From: Octopus vulgaris
Taxonomy: Eukaryota
Direction of reading: 5' to 3'
Assembly (NCBI GenBank): GCA_951406725.2
Contig: OX597842.1
Location: 21,886,001-21,950,000 of the forward strand
Length of the DNA stretch: 64,000 nt
Shown: one piece after another, positions 55,397 to 64,000 of the stretch
Numbering within the stretch: the first letter of the stretch is position 1
How the letters are laid out: each line of letters opens with the position of its first letter
Translations under genes and position numbers: made by a program
Notes under the pieces: model-generated
What the model was told of the DNA's origin: nothing
The model's input: the letters and a program-made list of their open reading frames with translations, nothing else
Database searches by the model: none

Positions 55397-57855
55397 TCAT
55401 CATCATCATTTAGCGTCCGTTTTCCATGCTAGCATGGGTTGGACGGTTTAACTGGGTTCTGTGAAGCCGGAAGGCTTCATCAGGCCCAGTCAGATTTGGC
55501 AGCGTTTCTACGGCTGGATGCCCTTCCTGACGCCAACCACTCCGTGAGTGTTGTGGGTGCTTTTTACGTGCCATCTGCACAGGTGCCAGACAGAGCTGGC
55601 AAACGACCACGAACGGATGGTGTTTTTACGTGCCACCGGCACGGATCCAGGCGAGGCTGGCAACGGACACGAACGGATGGTGCTTTTACGTGCTACCAGC
55701 ACGGGGGCCAGGCAAGGCTGGCAATGGACACGAACGGATGGTGCTTTTACGTGCTACCAGCATGGGGGCCAGGCGAGGCTGGCAACGGACAAATGATCGG
55801 ATGGTTCGCTTAACCACAGCTGCAATTTCCACTGATGTTAATTTAGTTTGATTTTGACTGTTCTCACTGGTCTTGCCGGGTCTTCTCACGCACAGCATAC
55901 TTCCATAGGTCTCGGTCTCTAGTCATTTCCTTGGTGAGACCTAAAGTTCGAAGGTCGTGCTTCACCACCTCGTCCCAGGTTTTCCTGGGTCTACCTCTTC
56001 CACAGGTTCCCTCAACTGCTAGAGTGTGGCACTTTTGCACACAACTATCTTCACCCATTCTCGTCACATGCCCATACCAGCGCAGACGTCTCTCTTGCAC
56101 ACCACAACTGATGCTTCTTAGGTCCAACTTTTCTCTCAAGGTACTTACACTCTGTCGATTATGAACACTGACATTACACATCCATCGGAGCATACTGGCT
56201 TCATTTCTTGCGAGCTTACGCATATCCTCAGCAGTCACAGCCCATGTTTCACTACCATGTAGCATGGCTGTACGTACACATGCATCATACAGTCTGCCTT
56301 TTACTCTGAGCGAGAGGCCTTTTGTCACCAGCAGGGGTAAGAGCTCTCTAAACTTTGCCCAGGCTATTCTTACTCTAGCAGTTACACTTTCAGCACACCC
56401 ACCCCCGCTACTGACTTGGTCACCTAGGTAGCGGAAGCTATCAACTACTTATAGTTTTTCTCCCTGGAACTAGGTAGACGTTGGTCTCTGCACATTTTCA
56501 GTGTTTTTTGCTCCTGAGCATCTGCCACAGACAAAAACTATTTTCCTAGTTAGCCTTCCTTTGACATTGCTACACCTCTTATGTGTCCATAGCTTGCACT
56601 TGGTGCACCTTATAGAGTTTCTACCTACACATTTTTTACAGATCGAGCTGGGCCATCTACCTGAAGGGGTTTGTGACTTGTCTACTTTCCTACTTATTAG
56701 GACTTTGGTTTTGGCTAGATTGATTCTGAGGCCCTTCGATTCTAGACCTTGCTTCCACACCTGAAACTTCTCCAGTTCTGATAATGACTCAGCAATTAGA
56801 GCAAGGTCTTCAGCATAGAGGAGCTCCCAGGGGCATCTTGAATTCCTCCGTTATTGCCTGGAGGACTATGACTGAGGACTGAACCTTGGTGGACCCCAAC
56901 CTCTACCCGGAATTCTTCACTGTACTCGTTGCCAACCCTCACCTTACTAGCAGTGTCTCTGTACATGGCTCGCACAGCTCTAACTAACCATTCATCTATC
57001 CTTAGTTTCCTCATTGACCACCAGATAAGGGATCGGGGTACCCTGTCGATGGCTTTCTCCATGTCAACAAAAGCCAGGTACAGGGGCTTATCTTTGGCTA
57101 GGTATTTCTCCTGCAGCTGTCTGACCAGGAATATAGCATCAGTAGTACTTCTCCCTGGCACGAACCCAAACTGCATCTCATCTAAGCTAATTCTCTCTCT
57201 AATTAGTTGGGCTATAACCCTCTCCGTAACCTTCATTACCTGATCCAGCAGCTTGATACCCCTGTAGTTATTTGTATCTAGGGCGTCACATTTACCTTTG
57301 TAGCAGTTGACTAGTATGCTGCTACACCAGTCATTGGGTATGACTCCTTCGTGTATCACCTGGTTAACTATACGGGTGAGTAGGCTATAGCCGACACTAC
57401 CAGATATTTTGAGCATCTCTGCAGTAATACCTGATGGGCCTGGGGCTTTCCCTGTTTTCATGCTTGTAATTGCCTTAACTACTAAGGAACTGTCAACTTG
57501 AATTGCTGGTCCCTCTGTTGGGTCGACATTCGGCAGACTCTCTTTATCCCATTCATTTTCCTCATTCAGCAACCTTTCATAGTGGCGTCTCCAAACCTCT
57601 CTCTTTGCATCCCCATTTAGCGCAAGTGAACCGTCATCCTTGCGAACACATATCTCTCCTACCACGTCACTATTCTCTCTCACGCACTGTCTTGCAACAC
57701 GAAATACCTCAAGTCTTTCATCCTCCCGGCGCAGGACATTAGCAAATTTTTTCTTATCTGCTTCCCCTCTGGCTAATACACCTGCCTCCTAGCTTCCCTT
57801 CTGGCAGTCTGATAAACTTCCCTGCTACCACCGTTTTTCCAGTCCTTCCAAGCCT
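55397..57855 (-). mobile_element. 5'-truncated RTE LINE (RT + PHD-like finger + C-terminus), frameshifted
   Basis: ORFs 56796..57683, 56470..56760 and 55864..56328; (ATC)n tail; minisatellite in the 3' UTR. Confidence 0.93.
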
Positions 57856-59841
57856 TATATATATATAATTTGTATATATAATGCGTGCACACACACACAT
57901 ATATATATATATATATAATGTGTGCATTATGTGGTCGGTCGGTTGAGCTGAAAATATGCACACCTATGTTAAAAGTGCTGGCAAGTTTGCATGACAAATA
58001 TTTTTTTCATCAAATGAAAGGCGTGACCTCTAGGACAAAATTCCTCATCTTATAAAATGTGGCCCCAGTACACCCGAATGAAATCAGGTTATATTAACCA
58101 AAATGTGAAAAGGGGTCTAAATGGGGCTGGAAGATTAAAATTTAAAGGAGCGCGTGTTTAGGAATTCTCTGTTACATCAAGCTAAAAAATTTGTGCCAGC
58201 CTTTTAATCGTCAATGTGTTGCCGTCCACGATGAAGAAGTTTTGAATGCTTGCCATGGTGAGTCTACTGTCATGAGAAAGAATCACTTAAAAAATTGGAG
58301 TTTACCAATTTTCTTTTACATCAAGTTCAAAATTTTACGCCAGCCGTTAAACTGTCAATACGTTGCTGTCCGTCGTTAAGAAATGCCAGCCATGGTGACT
58401 CTACTATCCTCAGATTCAATCCCTTCAAACTTTGGTTTCCAATATTTTATTATTTTTATTCAGCTCGCAAGTTCATCTGTCCCTTTTAAATGTTAGTGTT
58501 TTGCTGTCTGCCTTGAAGCAGACCTTTCCGTTGCCACTGCCTGATATTTATGATTGATCTTTCTAAATATTTTATTTCTCAACTTACTCAAGATCTTTTG
58601 TTGTTTATAAATGGGAGAGAGATAGATAAAGATAGAGAGTAAGAGAAAGCGAGGGAGAGTCCGAGAGAAAGAAAAGTAAGAGAGTGGGAAAGTGAGAGAG
58701 AAACAAAGAGGGAGAATCATCATCATGGTTTAACGTCCGTTTTCCGTGCTAGCTCGGATTGGACAGTTTGACCGGAGTCTGGGAAGCCAGGTAGCTGCAC
58801 CAGGCTCCAATATTATCTGGCAGTGTTTCTACAGGTGGATGAACTTCCTAACGCCAACCACTCTGTGAGTGTAGTGGGTGCTTTTTTCGTGCCGCCAGCA
58901 CAGGTGCCTGGGGGTCGCGCGGCGGCAACGATCGGTTGGTGCTTTTTACGTGCCACCGGCACAGAAGCCAGTCAAGGCGACGCTGGCATTGGCCACGTTC
59001 GAATGGTGCTTTTTACGTGCCACCAGCACAGAAGCCAGTCAAGGCGGTGCTGCTATGCGCCACGTTCGGATGGTGCTTTTTACGTGCTGAAAGGAAGCAA
59101 CAGAAAGTAACAAATATATATATGAAGCTATTATGTTACTTCTCATATATATTTGAAGGTGCATGGCTCAGTCGTGAGTTCAATTCCCGTCATCTTCATC
59201 ACATTGAACAATGTTAAAGGTTAAAGGGTCAAAGCGAAATGCAGCCATATTTTCTCTACAAAACTACTTTAAAACGTTTTCCAATGGCTGAATGACGAAA
59301 CGTATTAATCTGGTTTCTGCCCTAAATATTCTGGTAAAGTAAGGATGCATCTTGTACACCAGCAAATACTCAGTGAAGTGCAAGTAAATCAGTTGACCAA
59401 AAGATTGACTCCTCGTTGTGAAACGACGGAGATCCACCACCGTTATAAGCCTATGAAGCCATCTAAAGATCGAATGCTTCTTTTTCCCGTAATTAGGCTC
59501 ATGCCCTTGCTTATCTCCCTTTACTCACTAATTTTCCTTATCGTCTTTCAATGAATTAATACCAACACAAATTTCTCTCAGATCTAATCCCTTCCTCTAA
59601 TCAATGCTGGAATTTTTTTTAGTAACAATCTTCCTCTGAATATTATATGGAGCTGTATTCTTTTCATTTTCGTTTTCTACGCACTTTTTATAGGTACTAC
59701 TAGTGAACAGTGGTCCCGGTGCGCTCACACGCACATGGGTCTTTTTAGCAAGCACAGCAAACGTTCGCATTTTCTAAAGGTGACATATTACTAATTGGTC
59801 ATTCATTCGTGGAAGTTGCTTTCGATATAATTGTTTCTTAA

Positions 59842-60054
59842 GGCGGCGAGCTGGCAGAATCGTTAGCACGCCGGGGTAGTAAAGAAATAGGTATTTCGTC
59901 TGTCTTTACGTTCTGAGTTCAAATTCCACCGAGCTACACTTTGCCTTTCGTCCTTTCGGGGTCGATAAATTAAGTACCAGTTACGTACTGGAGTCGATCT
60001 AATTGACTGCCACTCTTACCCCAAATTTCTGGCCTTGTGCCTAGAGTAGAAAAG
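59842..60054 (+). mobile_element. tRNA-derived SINE with Nin-like domain
   Basis: Paralog of 47191; flanked by GATATAATTGTTTCTT and GATATAATTGTTACCT. Confidence 0.88.
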
Positions 60055-61465
60055 GATATAATTGTTACCTCAGTTACCTGCCAGAGGCAAAGTTGTTATT
60101 AATAGACTTAATATTGGGGGTGTGGGGGAGATTAGTATCAACCTCTGTTTATGATGGATCTTTATTTTGATTCCGAAGCAATTAAAGGTAAAATTGACAT
60201 CGGCGGGATTTGAGATCAGAACATAAAAAAACCACAAAAAATACTGCATGGCCTAAATAGTTGCTGTTAATTTTGGTACGATGCTATGAGTTCGTTTCGG
60301 TATTTCAATCAAACCATTACATGCTTTGTATATTCCCCGTTTACACAATTTTTGTCATGGTTCTTTTTAGGGTCGATATTCTTTGATCTCGTCTAAAATT
60401 ATCGACTTTTCTCGATGAATTTCTACTTTTGTATCAAAACTGCTGGGGGAAAGACTCTACGGAGGATAAGGAGTGATATTAAATGGTGAGTAAAGTAATA
60501 ATTTCATTTTGTTTTTATATTAGACTGATGAAATGAGTTCCAGGCCTAAAAAACAAATAAGTTCTGGGGTCGATCCAGTCTCACTACAGATTCTTCAAGG
60601 CGATGCCCCAGCATGATGGCAGTCTAATGACAGAAATAAGTAAAAGATAGTAATAATAAGAAGCAGAATTATAATTATATATATATATATACACACAGTT
60701 GCAAAGTGCCCCTCCCTCGTCCAAGGACGGTGATGAGTTGTCAAACATTTAAACCAAATTTTCTCAAGGCAACTTCTCCGACCGCTCCATAGGCCTCCCC
60801 TTTGAGAAACACTGATTTAACCTAAATTAGGGACACCAGCAAAAGAAGAAATAAAGATAGACTTTTTTCTATTCCAAAGAAAAACGATTTTATTCACAAA
60901 AATATGCAACCGAAGAGTTTAAAGTACCAGTAATTATAAGGCTGTTGACTGGGAGAACACAAACATGGTTTAAACAGTTCTTTTCATTAAAAAATAATTA
61001 AGCATGCCTATATTTCAATAAAACTTTTGGTTTTGTTAAACAAAGTTAAGACAAAGAAAAAAAAACTTCTTGAGAAACGAAATAGTCTTTCCTTCCTTCA
61101 TGCCAAGTTTGAAGAAAATATCTCTTTTGCATCTTACTTTTTTGGTCTCTTAAATATACTGCATTTTGTGGCATTATTTCATGCCAGCCAGCACAAACTG
61201 CATGTGCATTTTTCTTGCGTATGTGTAGTATCGATCACAACAGATGATGTACTTGCGCATATAAATGCACGTTCCCATCGCTTTATCGATCGTATTCTCA
61301 CCTGGAATCGATTTTTGTAATTTTTTCAAGACTTATACACGTCCTGATACCTTCGGCATCTACATATCGAATTAGGCTGCAATCAGATTGAGGATGCCCG
61401 AGATCCTAGAGGACACACAGACGGACAGAACAGATTTTATATTATAAATATATATATGTATATAC

Positions 61466-61508
<43 letters not shown>

Positions 61509-63816
61509 AAAACTACCTTTTATCAATTCAAAATGAACAATTAAATTACACCTTCTAGAAAATTACATATAATAGAATTATTAAAATTAAAATAACCATA
61601 AAATATCCATGATTAAGTAAATTGCAAAAAAATAATAAGAACATATATAATGGGTAGAATAACGACACGTCATTGATATTTTATTGTTATTTTAATTTTA
61701 ATAATTCTATTATATGTAATTTTCTAGATGGTGTAATTTAATTGTTCATTTTGAATTGATAAAAGGTGGGTTTTTTCTAATTTTTCATATATATATATAT
61801 TATATTGTGAAATTTGATTTAGTATTTCTAAATTGAATTTTTTTCCTTGTGAGTTTGGATTTATATTCCCTCAAATAATTTTTATATGTATGTATATATC
61901 ATGGTGATCTGTATAAGGGGCATCTATACTGCTTTGCATAAAAAACACCCATACATGTACCATGTGAGAAGATCTCAACAGAGTCTCTTAAGTGGTTGGC
62001 GTTAAGAAGAGTGTCCAGTTGTAGAAAGCAATCTAAATCAGGCAGGAACTGGGTGCCGCACTCCTGTTTGCCAGCCCAGGTCAAACCAACCAACCCAGGG
62101 AAGCATGGTAAATGGATATTAAATGTAGAAAGCTGTGCCAAAACTGACCTTGCCTGTGATCTTGCCACTTAAAATGTACTCAATACACTCTGTAGTATGG
62201 TTGGTGTTAGGAAGAGCATCCAGCTGTAAAAGCTGAGCCAAAACAGACACACAAGTTTGGGGCAGTCTTCTGACTGACCACTTCCTACCAAACCATCCAA
62301 CAGATACTGGTATTGAAGGCAGACATTAAATTAAGGGGATCAGGAAACGAGAATCCTGGTAGTTTGCTGTGTTTGAAAAGACACATCAAGCTAAGTAAAA
62401 GCATGGTTGCCCTTGCATACAAGCTTGTCCCTTGCGACCCCCTCCAGCTGAGCATCCCTAATCCTGCAGGCTCATGGGTGCTGATACCACGTAAAAAGCA
62501 CCCAGTACATTGTGTAAAGGGTTTGTGTTAGAAAGGGCATTCAGCAATAGAAATTATTTTAAGATAGAGATGGGGCCTGATCAGCCCTTCAGCTGGTTAG
62601 CTCCTTTCAAACCATTCAACCCATGCCAGTGTCTAAAATGGAATTTAAATGATGATGAAGTAATAATTTTAAATTTGTATATAGACATTGCAGTATGCCA
62701 TTTAAAGCCTGCTCACTGTATTTGGCTATCTGATGTCATCAACAATATGGATTGAAATGACAATGGATTTACTGTAGGAATTCCTTCATGTCCATAGAGT
62801 TTAAACAATGAAAGGAAAGGAAATAGAATTTACAAGTCTATGATACTCTGTGATCATTTCAACCCATCATGCATCATTGCCTTGCAGGTGTCTTGTCAGG
62901 TGTGCTTTGTCAGGTGACTTGTCAAAAGGTACCACATAATTTAATTTCTGTTTTCCTTTTTTGGATTAGAATTCTTTCGGGTAGTTCGAATGTGTCAAGC
63001 ATTTTTCAGTTCCCATCTACCACATCCTCTCACAAGGCTTTGTTTGGCCACTCTGGGACTGAACCCAGGACCATGTGGTTGGGAAGCCAACATCTTACCA
63101 CACAACCATCCCTGCACTTCTATAGCCATGTCTATATAAAAATGTAGTAAAACTCTCACTGTTTTAATCTCTCTAATTCCGAATTATCTTGTATGTTTTA
63201 CACTGTTGTTTCTCTTTCGTTTCAGATTATCAGATGACATCTGCTTCACAAGAGTTTTATATAAGCAACGTCATTAGAATGGAAAGTCTTTTTATGACCG
63301 AGCAAAGATGTTATACAAAACACGTATAACCCTGTTTCTATAAATATTTACTGAATTACTGCAAAATATATCTTCTGAACTGACATATGTTATGAAATTT
63401 CTCTTCTTTATTGTCTGGAGTACACAGAAAATTATATTTGTATTTGAATTAATCCTTTAGCATTTGTACTGGCCGTATCAGTCCCAAACGTTCAAGCTAT
63501 TTTATGTTAAAACTGCCCACATCTGGCCTCTTATACTCACCTGGCAATGTCATATAAACATAAAGAATCACATCGTTGAAATCTTAAAGCAATAAGATAA
63601 TGAATGATTAATTCAGAAGAATTTGAATAAATAATCATTACATTCGACAGAGTAATCTGCGTGTTAATGAGAAGTAATTAAGAAGGCAGTTTGCAGCATC
63701 TTCAGATATTAACAAAGATCACTATTGATGGAGATATATCAGTAGAAATATTTGTTCAGAGCAATATACGAGAAGAAGGAAAACCTTTGTGTACTGTGAC
63801 GAGAGAAAGGAAAATT

Positions 63817-64000
63817 ATGGAAAATGAATTATATCGGAGTGAAGTTGAATGTAAAAGAGAGTCTGAAGAAATTGATTTTTCTGATGAGGAAAAGAATGAA
63901 AAGGGCAAAACAGCATTTGATTGTGATATCTGTGGCAAGTCGTTCTCTCGGAAAGCTAAGTTAGTCATTCACGAACGTACTCATACAGGAGAAAAACCAT
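63817..64000 (+). CDS. C2H2 zinc-finger gene, 5' part (unit 7; runs off the window)
   Basis: ATG GAA AAT GAA TTA...; first finger [21 protein letters not shown] followed by TGEKP. Confidence 0.85.
   Translation, partial: MENELYRSEVECKRESEEIDFSDEEKNEKGKTAFDCDICGKSFSRKAKLVIHERTHTGEKP

Overview
AT-rich eukaryotic DNA, most likely octopus (coleoid cephalopod). This is inferred from the KRAB-less tandem C2H2 zinc-finger (ZNF) cluster, the octopus-type tRNA SINEs, RTE LINEs with (GAT)n tails and long (TA)n tracts. The window is a head-to-tail array of about 7 paralogous ZNF gene units plus the 3' UTR of an eighth at 1-390. A typical unit has an upstream module, a long intron, a conserved splice acceptor, an acidic leader (MENEL...), an array of 11-20 fingers, a 3' UTR and a non-autonomous Helitron. 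Upstream halves are of two diverged types: A (2.1, 8.2, 32.5 kb) and B (25.6, 46.5, 59.1 kb). Most notable: (1) one unit has its finger array inverted in place behind an intact promoter, predicting an antisense ZNF RNA; (2) four units carry antisense ZNF fragments upstream of the acceptor that could fold back on the array; (3) the type-A promoter/exon 1 is a 253-bp module splitting a SINE, followed in two copies by a 5S rRNA pseudogene; (4) one promoterless unit looks like an alternative terminal exon; (5) a Penelope-type hammerhead ribozyme motif; (6) a palindrome whose loop is flipped between paralogs. Everything was read by eye, so boundaries are approximate and expression and splicing are inferred, not shown.
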